Below, one piece after another: positions 40,548 through 49,366 of a stretch of DNA of 64,000 bases (its first letter is position 1; every line of letters starts with the position of its first letter). A program made the position numbers and the translations under genes. Origin of the DNA: Caldisericia bacterium (lineage in GTDB: Bacteria > Caldisericota > Caldisericia > JAAYUI01); contig OY771555.1 of assembly GCA_963674785.1 (NCBI GenBank), forward strand, positions 768,001 to 832,000, given 5' to 3'. The notes beneath the pieces were generated by a model that had not been told where the DNA came from, made no database searches, and was given only the letters and a program-made list of their open reading frames with translations.

Positions 40548-40755
40548 CATCATTCCCAGTTCCTCCCCGTCATCCGGTCTTTCCTCCCTTGTTATTCCCA
40601 GCTTGACCGGGAATCTCTATCCCTCGTCATCCCAGGGATTGCTGAGTGTGCCGAAGTATGATTGGACGTCTCCCTCCCCCGTCATTCCTGCCTTTACCTC
40701 CCCGTCATTTCCGTCTCCTTCCCCCCGTCATTCCGCACTTGATGCGGAATCCAGG
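40548..40755 (+). repeat. CGTC palindrome array, left flank of gene 40840
   Basis: Tags at 40548, 40568, 40590, 40625, 40680, 40703 and 40726; the innermost copy is full (ATTCCGCA-CTTGA-TGCGGAAT-CCAGG). Confidence 0.88.
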
Positions 40756-40839
40756 GTTTATAAATGTCGCATTAGACAATGGGTGGGGTTTGTTATAGAA
40801 TGGTTGCTTGAGAGTTTGGAGTATAAATAAGGAGGAATG

Positions 40840-41430
40840 ATGGAGAATCATGATGAAAAGGTAGAAAAAACTTTACCAAAGCTAGATCTAGGTACTGATA
40901 TATTTGAAGCCTTTACCTCTTTACCCAATCTTATTGCTGTTGGAAAAAAAGCTTTTGATATTGGTACAAAAGTAAAAGAATGGCGAGAATATAGAAATAT
41001 CCAAGGATTGTTGTCGCAAACAACAATCGCTTCGGAGAGAGCAAAAACTTGTTTTAAGGAAAAACTCAAAGATCCAAAGTTTGTCGAAAAAACAATGTGT
41101 AGGCTTTTAGTGATTGTTAAGGGTTTTGACCAAGACGAAAAATCGATTTTTTGTGGAAAGGTATTTATTCACTATCTTGAGGAAAAGATAAACATTGATG
41201 ATTTTTGGGAAATTATTTATGCACTTGAAAAATGTTACTTTGATGATCTGAGATTGTTGAATGAAAACACAAATGAAAAATTCCAACCTGATTGGGAAAA
41301 ATTTAATAGACAAAATCAACAAGTATATTCAAGGCTTGTCGGTGCTGGAATTTTTGGTGTGAATGTATACGATGGATCAATGTCTAGAATAGGCTCTAGA
41401 ATAATTCACATTATGAGAGACGTTCTATAG
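40840..41430 (+). CDS. Hypothetical AT-rich protein, repeat-flanked cargo
   Basis: 196-197-aa ORF with SD aaggagg and promoter TAGACA-N17-TAGAAT inside the cassette; the start may be 40837. Confidence 0.75.
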   Translation: MENHDEKVEKTLPKLDLGTDIFEAFTSLPNLIAVGKKAFDIGTKVKEWREYRNIQGLLSQTTIASERAKTCFKEKLKDPKFVEKTMCRLLVIVKGFDQDEKSIFCGKVFIHYLEEKINIDDFWEIIYALEKCYFDDLRLLNENTNEKFQPDWEKFNRQNQQVYSRLVGAGIFGVNVYDGSMSRIGSRIIHIMRDVL

Positions 41431-41447
41431 CCTTTCATCTCCAAACT

Positions 41448-41521
41448 CCTGGATTCCCGATCAAGTCGGGAATGACAAGATGGAGAGTGTGAGGAATGCG
41501 TAAAGAAGAGTAGGAATGATC
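41448..41521 (-). repeat. CGTC palindrome and two degenerate half-copies, right flank of gene 40840
   Basis: cctggattcccgatcaagtcgggaatgaca, then ggaatgcg and ggaatgatc at +23 and +21 bp. Confidence 0.85.
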
Positions 41522-41579
41522 GTGGGAGATACCCAGGAGGACAAGACATGACTGAGGAGTGCTACGCAAGCTGGAGTAG

Positions 41580-42017
41580 TTACCTCAACTCCGGAATCTC
41601 CTGCGGCAGATTAATCTTTACAAACCTTCCCTTGCTCTTTGCAACCAGATTTTCGCCATCATCAAGATCAACAATCTCTGCTTCAGTTTCAATAACCCTG
41701 CCACGTTCAGAAACAATTTTTCCTGTGATTTTGATATTTCTGCCAACCCTTAAAGGTGCTACAAATCTGACAGTCATCTCGGCTGTCACAACAGTTGCAT
41801 CTCGGTGTCTGAAGATTGCGTGAGACATAGCCTCATCAAGCATTGTTGAGACTATCCCACCGTGGATGATGTCATCCCACCCCTGGTGTTTTTTTTCTGT
41901 GACAAAGAGTGCCTCAACAGAATCATCAAGCGTTGCAAACCTTAGGTGAAGTCCGTCTTTGTTTTGCTCACCACATGCAAAACAGTTTGAGTCAGTTCCA
42001 GTATAATTTTTATCCAT
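41580..42017 (-). CDS. PaaI-family hotdog-fold thioesterase
   Basis: CFACGxxNxxGL and HQGW..IHGGIVSTMLDEAM. Confidence 0.9.
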   Translation of the reverse strand: MDKNYTGTDSNCFACGEQNKDGLHLRFATLDDSVEALFVTEKKHQGWDDIIHGGIVSTMLDEAMSHAIFRHRDATVVTAEMTVRFVAPLRVGRNIKITGKIVSERGRVIETEAEIVDLDDGENLVAKSKGRFVKINLPQEIPELR

Positions 42018-42018
42018 T

Positions 42019-42435
42019 TTATTTGTTCTTTATCTGAAGGCCAATGTGTACAACATGAATGCACTCATCTGTCACAAGGTCGATTCCGGCTTCTTTGATC
42101 TCCCTCTCAACCTCTTCATTATGAATCTCAAGCTGAAGCCAAACACATTTTGGTTTTACAGCCAAAGTTTCAGGCAGGATTTCGGGCAAGAAAGCTGATG
42201 CACGGAAGACATCTAAAATGTCAATTTTCTCAGGCACATCACTTATGCTTGCAACGATTTCTTGTCCGCCAATCTCCTTACCGGCATACATCTTGTTGAC
42301 TGGATAAACTGTATATCCCTTTTCAATAAGGTGTTTCGTGATTATATGGCTTGTGCGCTCTGGGTTTGTGGATGCACCATAAACGGCGATCACCTTTGCG
42401 TCTGTCAAAATTCTTCTTAAGTCTTCTTTTTCCAT
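42019..42435 (-). CDS. CoA-binding protein (YccU-like)
   Basis: IAVYGASTNPERTS, VYPVN, DILDVFR and VWLQL. Confidence 0.9.
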   Translation of the reverse strand: MEKEDLRRILTDAKVIAVYGASTNPERTSHIITKHLIEKGYTVYPVNKMYAGKEIGGQEIVASISDVPEKIDILDVFRASAFLPEILPETLAVKPKCVWLQLEIHNEEVEREIKEAGIDLVTDECIHVVHIGLQIKNK

Positions 42436-42533
42436 GATGTCCTATGTAATACCCTTCTTTAGGAAAATTTCAAGCAACTTTGATAGGAAGTTCCTTGAAA
42501 AACATTTCAACATCTGTAATTTCATGTGATGAA

Positions 42534-44366
42534 ATGAAACTCGAAGAACTGAAATCGCCTGCGCAGTTGAAGGAAATAACAAATGGGAAACTTGACTCGC
42601 TGGCAAAAGAGATAAGACAAAAAATAATTAAGACAGTTGCAGAAACCGGTGGTCATCTTGCAAGCAACCTCGGCATCACAGAATTAACAATAGCACTTCA
42701 CAAGGTTTATGATTCACCGGCCGATAAGTTCATATTTGATGTTGGACATCAATGTTATCCACACAAACTTCTGACCGGAAGATATGAGATGTTTGATACT
42801 CTCAGGAAAACCGGTGGGATGTCAGGATACCCACATCCATCAGAGTCTCCCCATGACCACTACCATACAGGACACGCCTCAACCGCACTCTCGCTTGCAG
42901 CAGGCGAGGTCTTGGGTAGGAAGCTTAAGGGTAAAAATCACCATGTTGTTGGTATTGTTGGTGATGGCAGTTTGACTGGAGGCGAGAGCTTTGAAGCTCT
43001 CAATCATCTTGGTTCACTTGGCGAAAATGTGCTTGTGATTCTCAATGATAATCAGATGTCGATTTCACCTTCTGTTGGTGCATTGTCGCTTCTGACAAAT
43101 AAATTCAGGGCGTCACTGACATATCGAGCTGTCAGCAGAAATATTGGCAATTTCCTCTCAAAATTGGGCGGATTTGGTGAGTGGGTTGTTGGAGTCGGAA
43201 TCAGAATAAAATCTGCTCTCAAGCGAATCCTTATGAAAAACCAATATTTTGAGCAACTTGGTTTCAGATATTATGGGCCGATTGATGGTCACAACATTGG
43301 TCTGATGGTCGCCTTCCTAAAAAGAATAAAAAAAATGAAGGGGCCAATTCTTCTTCATATCATCACAAAAAAAGGCAAAGGTTACAAATACGCTGAGGAT
43401 GGTCCAACAGAGTTCCATGGCACACCTCCATTTGAAAAAGGCAATGGTCACAAAGCAAAAAGCTCAAGAAGCTATTCAAAAGTTTTTGGCGAATCACTGG
43501 CTGCTCTTATGGAAAAAGATGACAGGATTGTTGCGATTTCATCAGCCATGGTTGAGGGAACTGGACTATCTATTCCTAAATCAAAATTCCCAAAAAGAGT
43601 AATAGATGTTGGAATAGCCGAACCCCACTCTGTCTCGCTTGCCTGTGGACTTGCAAGCGCCGGCATGAAACCGGTTGTTGCACTCTATAGCACGTTTCTC
43701 CAGCGATCATTTGACCAGATTATTCATGACGTGTCGCTCATGAAACAGCCTGTTGTTTTTGCAATTGATAGGGCGGGTGTTGTGCCAGCTGATGGCCCAA
43801 CACATCAGGGAATCTTTGACCTATCGTATCTTTCGATGATTCCAGACATGACCATCATGGCACCATCAACAAGCTCTGAGCTCGATGAGATGTTGAAACT
43901 CGCATTTTCACTTGGAAGCCCCGTAGCAATCCGCTATCCAAAAGACAAATCCAATGAGGCAGATGAACCTGCAGAAGTCAGACTCTTTAAAGCAAAAAAA
44001 GAGCGAAGTGGTGAAAACGTTTTGGTTTGCTACATCGGTGCTGTCAGCCTGCAGGTGCATGCAGCAGCGTTACTTCTTTCACAAATCGGAATCGAGTGCG
44101 AGGTTTTAAATCTCAGATTTGCAAAACCGATTGACTGGGAATCCGTGAAAAATTCAGCCGAAGGGAAAAAGCTTGTGATCACCGTTGAAGATGGCATCAT
44201 CAGCGGCGGAGTTGGCGAAAAAATCAAAGCAGAACTAACAGACACAAAGGTCGTAAACATAGGTGTTAATGACGAAATCCCTCCTGTTGGCACACGAGCT
44301 GAGCTTCTTGCAAGATATAACCTTGATTCCGCTGGGATTGCTAAGGTTATTCAGGAGAATGTTTAG
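42534..44366 (+). CDS. dxs: 1-deoxy-D-xylulose-5-phosphate synthase
   Basis: GGHLASNLG, FDVGHQCYPHK, GDGSLTGG..LNDNQMSIS, DVGIAE, YSTFLQR and DGPTHQG; start placed at MKLEELK. Confidence 0.96.
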   Translation: MKLEELKSPAQLKEITNGKLDSLAKEIRQKIIKTVAETGGHLASNLGITELTIALHKVYDSPADKFIFDVGHQCYPHKLLTGRYEMFDTLRKTGGMSGYPHPSESPHDHYHTGHASTALSLAAGEVLGRKLKGKNHHVVGIVGDGSLTGGESFEALNHLGSLGENVLVILNDNQMSISPSVGALSLLTNKFRASLTYRAVSRNIGNFLSKLGGFGEWVVGVGIRIKSALKRILMKNQYFEQLGFRYYGPIDGHNIGLMVAFLKRIKKMKGPILLHIITKKGKGYKYAEDGPTEFHGTPPFEKGNGHKAKSSRSYSKVFGESLAALMEKDDRIVAISSAMVEGTGLSIPKSKFPKRVIDVGIAEPHSVSLACGLASAGMKPVVALYSTFLQRSFDQIIHDVSLMKQPVVFAIDRAGVVPADGPTHQGIFDLSYLSMIPDMTIMAPSTSSELDEMLKLAFSLGSPVAIRYPKDKSNEADEPAEVRLFKAKKERSGENVLVCYIGAVSLQVHAAALLLSQIGIECEVLNLRFAKPIDWESVKNSAEGKKLVITVEDGIISGGVGEKIKAELTDTKVVNIGVNDEIPPVGTRAELLARYNLDSAGIAKVIQENV

Positions 44367-44376
44367 AGAACATCCC

Positions 44377-44490
44377 CGTCATGCCAGACGGTTCCTGGGC
44401 CTGTCGAAGGTCGAAGCATGACCGGGCATTCTCTCTCCCCGTCATTCCAGACGGGTGCTGAGCTTGTCGAAGCATGACCCGGAATCCAGG
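44377..44490 (+). repeat. Two CGTC palindromes, each with a GGT..CTGAGC..GTCGAAG insert in the loop
   Basis: Inserts at 44390-44418 and 44453-44474 replace the first T of the CTTGA loop. Confidence 0.8.
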
Positions 44491-44662
44491 TCTTGATAAT
44501 GAGATGCAAATAATACTCTAATCCACACAGCTTTTGAACATGTTGTTCGGGCTTAAATCTATTAATTCAAAGTTTATAAAAACTTAGAATTTGACGTTCT
44601 GAGCTGTTCTTATATCATTTTGACAGAGGTATACCCAACTATAAGGGGGGTAGAAAAAGAAT

Positions 44663-45217
44663 ATGAAGAAATATCGAATAAATATGTTTTTCATCGTATT
44701 AATTGCAGTTATCTGTTTGTCATCTGGGCTAATTTCATGTAGGCAGAAATCATATCAAGAGGTTAACGACATTGATTATGATGTAAGTATTCTTATTCCA
44801 GATGGAATGACTGAGGAAGAGTGGATGGATTCAACTTTGTTTGTTGAGTATGAAATTCCTTATACGGGTCAAAACTATTACTCAGAATCAAAGGGCGAAG
44901 CGATAAGCACAACCGAATATTTGTTTGTACACAAAGTGCTTAAATACACAGGAAAAGAACTCAAAGAAACAATTAAACAGTATGATTATCTTTCAAAGCT
45001 AATATTTAAATGGCAATGCCAGTTTGATGTATTAAACGACAAAGTACTCTCATACTGTAGCCACGAATATATTGACCAATGGGTTGAATACTTTTTTTCA
45101 GAAATCAGAAAAGTTGCCACAGATTTTGATATCACTAGCTTTGAAGATCTTGAATTATCAATTCGATATTCATATTTTGATGTTCCACCAATGGATTCAG
45201 ATTTTTGGAGAAAATAA
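44663..45217 (+). CDS. Hypothetical lipoprotein, repeat-flanked cargo
   Basis: Signal peptide with lipobox-like LISC; AT-rich. Confidence 0.7.
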   Translation: MKKYRINMFFIVLIAVICLSSGLISCRQKSYQEVNDIDYDVSILIPDGMTEEEWMDSTLFVEYEIPYTGQNYYSESKGEAISTTEYLFVHKVLKYTGKELKETIKQYDYLSKLIFKWQCQFDVLNDKVLSYCSHEYIDQWVEYFFSEIRKVATDFDITSFEDLELSIRYSYFDVPPMDSDFWRK

Positions 45218-45966
45218 GAAAACCAATCTACCCCTGGCAGGTGTTGAACAAACGCAAAAGGGAGCGGCTCTGGACAGCCCTATCATATGAGATAACATCA
45301 GAGAAGATATTATTTTTTAGGGAAGAGCTGCAGAGAAAAACAGCAGAGTTCATAGGCTCAAGCAAAGACTGCCTCATGGAGAATCTTGAGCGTGAGATGC
45401 TCCGTACTCATTGGCACAGAACACTCGAGATTCTTGAGTTTGTACTTACTTCTGAACCCAGAATCGACCCAGAGATTTTTAATAAAATCCTTGAGGAAGA
45501 GGATTCACACTTCAGGTTTTATCCGCAAGAGGGGATTTTCAGGGAGCTCAAAAATACATATGATGATGGGAAAATCGAGGCAGCTCTAAGTGAGACAAAA
45601 CACAAGCTTCCTGAGATTCATGATAGAATAATTACATCATTGAAGCTATACGCTGACCGAAAAAACCCAGACAGGAAAGCAGCGATCATCACAGCATTTT
45701 CTGCGGTTGAGGACATGCTTGATAAAGTCACTGGAAAGAAACCCACAAGAGCCCAAATTGAAGAGGTCTACAGTAGCATTGTCCCTGGTGATGGTGATTT
45801 GAGGAAAGTGTCACTTCTGACTCTGCTTGAGCATGTGGAGCGGGAACGTGGAATCCACAAATGCTACCGTCAAAAGAAACTCAGCAAATCAAAGCTTTAC
45901 ACATTTTCATTTATTTCTGCTTGTTGTAGGGTAATTTCTGATTTGATTGAGAGTTTAGATTCCTAG
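45205..45966 (+). CDS. AbiJ-NTD4-like / HEPN-associated protein (putative defence), repeat-flanked cargo
   Basis: The pattern RERLW..WHRTLEILEF..FNKILEEEDSHFRF..IEAAL..LYADRKNPD..AFSAVE matches my recollection of this family. The TTG start is uncertain, and the stop lies inside the flanking repeat. Confidence 0.55.
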   Translation: MEKIRKPIYPWQVLNKRKRERLWTALSYEITSEKILFFREELQRKTAEFIGSSKDCLMENLEREMLRTHWHRTLEILEFVLTSEPRIDPEIFNKILEEEDSHFRFYPQEGIFRELKNTYDDGKIEAALSETKHKLPEIHDRIITSLKLYADRKNPDRKAAIITAFSAVEDMLDKVTGKKPTRAQIEEVYSSIVPGDGDLRKVSLLTLLEHVERERGIHKCYRQKKLSKSKLYTFSFISACCRVISDLIESLDS

Positions 45967-46075
45967 ATCCCGCATCAAGTGCGGGATGACGGGGTGGGAG
46001 TGCGGGATGACGGGGTGGGAGTGCGGGATGACGGGGTGGGAGTGCGGGATGACGAAGGAGTAGATGAGAATGACG
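45962..46075 (-). repeat. CGTC palindrome followed by 21-bp tandem half-copies
   Basis: agtgcgggatgacggggtggg x3 (45978-46040) plus a partial copy; GACG ends at 45991, 46012, 46033, 46054 and 46075. Confidence 0.92.
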
Positions 46076-46094
46076 AGAAAAATCCCCAGTTAAT

Positions 46095-46380
46095 CTAAAA
46101 TCTCACAAACCTCAACCTAATCGCATTTAAAACAACCATGATGGATGAAAGTGCCATAGCACCAGATGCAATCATTGGATTCAAAAGAATGCCCTGAGGA
46201 TAAAGGATTCCTGCTGCAACAGGAATGGTCAAAACATTATAAAAGAACGCCCAGAAAAGGCTCCATTTGACATTCCTGTTTGTGGCTTTTGCGATTTTCA
46301 TCGCATCAATGACAAGGGATAAATCCTCTCTCATCAAAGTGATTGAAGAGGCATCAAGAGCAAGCCCTGTTCCGCCAGAT
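46095..46380 (-). pseudogene. Duplicated 3' fragment of copA
   Basis: 286-bp direct repeat of 47037-47322 with about 12 mismatches by hand alignment. Confidence 0.92.
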
Positions 46381-46637
46381 TACATATTCAATAATCCAGT
46401 TATGTATTCTAGATTAAATGAATCTTCTTTTAACTTATTTTACATAACATGCTTTCATATACATATATGGTTTTAGAGTCATAATTTTGTATAACTTAAC
46501 TATTAATTACTCTTTTGACTATAACTCATAAAATTAACATCAAGTTATTATAATATAATCTTATGTTAATTCAATTTTAGTTTTAATTACTGCCCTAATA
46601 ACCACAATTTGAGCACTTAAACAAAGGAGGCTTTTGG

Positions 46638-47042
46638 ATGAGAGAAAACATTGGCGGAGTAAACTTGTCACTTTCAAGTAGAATACTAATTTCGATTATG
46701 TTGTTGATTTTTATTTCCACAATTTTCATTATTGGGTATATGCAAAACTGGTTTGTGGGATCAATTAGTTTGTGGAACACTCTCTGGCCAGGGTTATTGT
46801 TTGTTTGTGGCCTTGGGTTGGTGTTTCTCTTCGCAGATTACCATGAAAGTGTTCAAATTCGAATAACAGGATTGTTTTGTATAGTCATAAGCATATTCAG
46901 GACTCTATTTAACTTTGGATCAGTTAATAGCTCTGTTTGGTTTTGGGTTTGGGTTATCTCAGTAGGTATTATTGCTATTTCACTCGTTTTCGTTCGATTT
47001 AAGAACTTAGATTTAAAGCTTGATTTTGAGCACGATCTATAG
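46638..47042 (+). CDS. Small four-TM membrane protein
   Basis: SD aaggagg; four hydrophobic segments; LWP motif. Confidence 0.72.
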   Translation: MRENIGGVNLSLSSRILISIMLLIFISTIFIIGYMQNWFVGSISLWNTLWPGLLFVCGLGLVFLFADYHESVQIRITGLFCIVISIFRTLFNFGSVNSSVWFWVWVISVGIIAISLVFVRFKNLDLKLDFEHDL

Positions 47043-49313
47043 TCTCACAAACCTCAACCTAATCGCATTTAAAACAACCATTATGGATGAAAGTGCCATC
47101 GCACCGGATGCAATCATTGGATTCAAAAGAATTCCCTGAGGGTATAAAATTCCTGCTGCAACAGGAATGGTCAAAACATTATAAAAGAACGCCCAGAAAA
47201 GGCTCCATTTGACATTCCTGTTTGTGGCTTTTGCGATTTTCATCGCATCAATGACAAGGGATAAATCCTCTCTCATCAAAGTGATTGAAGAGGCATCAAG
47301 AGCAAGCCCAGTTCCCCCAGATGGAGCAATCGAAACATCAGCTGTGGCAAGTGCAGGGGCATCATTTACACCATCACCCATCATTGCTGTTTTGCTATCT
47401 TCTGAAAGCTTTTTTAATACATCAAGCTTTTCATCGGGCAGTACCTGTGAATAAACTTGTTTTATTCCAAGTTTTTCTGCAACCGACTCACAGACCTCTT
47501 TTCTGTCACCAGAAAGAAGCACCGGGTGGATTCCAGCCTCTTTGATGAAATCGATAAGCTCTTTTGCACCATCCCTGATTTTATCAAGCAAACCAAAACC
47601 ACCCAAAATCTCAGAATCAGAAATCACATAAAAAACCGCCTCATCTTCATCAAACCCACCAGCTAGCGAAAGTGGAATGTCAAGCCCCAATTTTTGGAGT
47701 AAACGTGGGCCACCAACATGGATGGTTTTCCCATCAACATTTGCCTTTACACCAAGCCCAGGAAGAGCTTCAAAATTTTGGGCTGGAAGAGGATTTATGC
47801 TTTTTTCATTTGAGTATTTTCTGATAGCCTCTGCAAGTGAATGCTCAGAGCCGGTTTCAGCAGATACTGCAAGTTGAACCATCTCTTTTTTTGTACCTGA
47901 AACCACAAGAACACTGTTTACTTCAGGTCTTCCAACTGTCAGTGTTCCAGTTTTATCAAACACGAAATTCTTCACTGAAAGAAGTGTCTCAAAGGCAACC
48001 GCATCCTTTATCAAGATTCCTTTTCTTGATGCAATACCGAGTGCAACAGAAAGTGCCGTCGGAGTTGCAAGTCCAAGCGCACATGGGCATGAAATAACAA
48101 GCACAGAGATCGATGTCAAAACTGCAAGGTGAGGATTTCCAAGCAACCACCAGATATTGAAAGTGGCGATAGCCACTGTAAAAACTGATGGGACAAATAT
48201 TGCCGCAATCTTATCAACCATCTCCTGGATTTTTGGTTTTGAAGACAATGCGGAAGAAACCATCTCAACAACCCTCGAAACAACAGTTTCAGAGCCAGTT
48301 TTTTCACATCGCACTCTGATTGTCCCAAAACCGGTTGTTGCACCTGCAAAAACCTTGTCCCCTGCTTTTACTGGTACAGGAATAGATTCCCCAGTGATGC
48401 TTGCATTGTTTATCTCTGTCTCACCCGAGATCACCACACCATCTGCTGGGATTCTTTCAGCAGCTCTTACAATAACTTCATTTCCGGTTTTAAGTTCGGA
48501 AGGATTTATGTCATTTATCAGTTCACCAACTGCAATGTGTGCGACCTCAGGAAGTAGACTTGCGACATCAAAAACATCTTTCATTGCAGTTAGTTCTGAT
48601 TTTAGTCTGATGTAATGACCAAGGGATACGAGCATCACGATCATTACTGCACCTTCGATGTAGAGGATTCCACCCGTTACATTTGGATTTAGAAGTGACA
48701 CTAGAGAAAAGGAGATTGAGGCGGCCACACCAAGCGATACGAGTGTGCTCATGTTTGTTTGTCTGTTTATTGCCTGCTTTACCGTTTCTATAAAGAAATG
48801 TCTGCCAGGAACAGCAACAACAAAAACCGCCAAACCAAACAATACCCAATTGACCCAATCTGGGAATGGAATAACAAACATCTGATACATCGAAAGAAAA
48901 ATCACGAGAATTGAGGGGATTACGCCCATGAGCAGATTTTTCCCAGTTTGCCTAAAATCTCTTATTTTCAGCTCTCTTGCGGCATTCAGGATATTTTCTC
49001 CTGAAGCTACTTTTCTTGGTTTATATCCTGCTTTTTCAATTGCTTTTGAAATCTCACCAATGCTGACTTTTTTTGCATCATATTCTAGTTTTGCCGTGCC
49101 CGATATGTAGGAGACCGAAACATTTTTCACGCCGGGAAGATTTTCTAAAACTCGAGTAACACTACCTGAGCAACCACTACACATCATTCCTTCAACAGAA
49201 AGTCTGATTTCTTGGTTATTGCTAGTCGAATCAATTGCATACTTTGTTTTTCCTGGTCTGAAAAAAACCCAGATAAAAATCACTATAAAAACACTAAAAA
49301 AAACTAGATACAT
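47037..49313 (-). CDS. copA: Cu(+)-translocating P1B-type ATPase
   Basis: GMMCSGC HMA domain, TGES, CPCALGLATP, DKTGTLT, GDGVNDAPA, YN and MALSS; start placed at MYLVFF after aggggg. Confidence 0.9.
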   Translation of the reverse strand: MYLVFFSVFIVIFIWVFFRPGKTKYAIDSTSNNQEIRLSVEGMMCSGCSGSVTRVLENLPGVKNVSVSYISGTAKLEYDAKKVSIGEISKAIEKAGYKPRKVASGENILNAARELKIRDFRQTGKNLLMGVIPSILVIFLSMYQMFVIPFPDWVNWVLFGLAVFVVAVPGRHFFIETVKQAINRQTNMSTLVSLGVAASISFSLVSLLNPNVTGGILYIEGAVMIVMLVSLGHYIRLKSELTAMKDVFDVASLLPEVAHIAVGELINDINPSELKTGNEVIVRAAERIPADGVVISGETEINNASITGESIPVPVKAGDKVFAGATTGFGTIRVRCEKTGSETVVSRVVEMVSSALSSKPKIQEMVDKIAAIFVPSVFTVAIATFNIWWLLGNPHLAVLTSISVLVISCPCALGLATPTALSVALGIASRKGILIKDAVAFETLLSVKNFVFDKTGTLTVGRPEVNSVLVVSGTKKEMVQLAVSAETGSEHSLAEAIRKYSNEKSINPLPAQNFEALPGLGVKANVDGKTIHVGGPRLLQKLGLDIPLSLAGGFDEDEAVFYVISDSEILGGFGLLDKIRDGAKELIDFIKEAGIHPVLLSGDRKEVCESVAEKLGIKQVYSQVLPDEKLDVLKKLSEDSKTAMMGDGVNDAPALATADVSIAPSGGTGLALDASSITLMREDLSLVIDAMKIAKATNRNVKWSLFWAFFYNVLTIPVAAGILYPQGILLNPMIASGAMALSSIMVVLNAIRLRFVRL

Positions 49314-49366
49314 CCAGCAACCCCCTGCTTGACGAATCATCAATCTCGATATAGAATTAACCTGTT

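Noticed and set aside
40603-40830. Pro/Ser-rich small ORFs (also 38999-39247 and 61513-61761)
   Set aside because: They are translations of repeat arrays with no RBS or coding signal.
40548-41521. Integron cassettes (attC sites)
   Set aside because: The repeats flank genes as inverted pairs, lack the RYYYAAC..GTTRRRY ends, and there is no tyrosine integrase in the window.
45978-46054. Possible CRISPR array
   Set aside because: These are identical 21-bp tandem units with no unique spacers and no cas genes; the units are halves of the CGTC repeat.
46095-46380. Diversity-generating retroelement TR/VR pair
   Set aside because: Mismatches are synonymous and not adenine-specific, and no reverse transcriptase is present.
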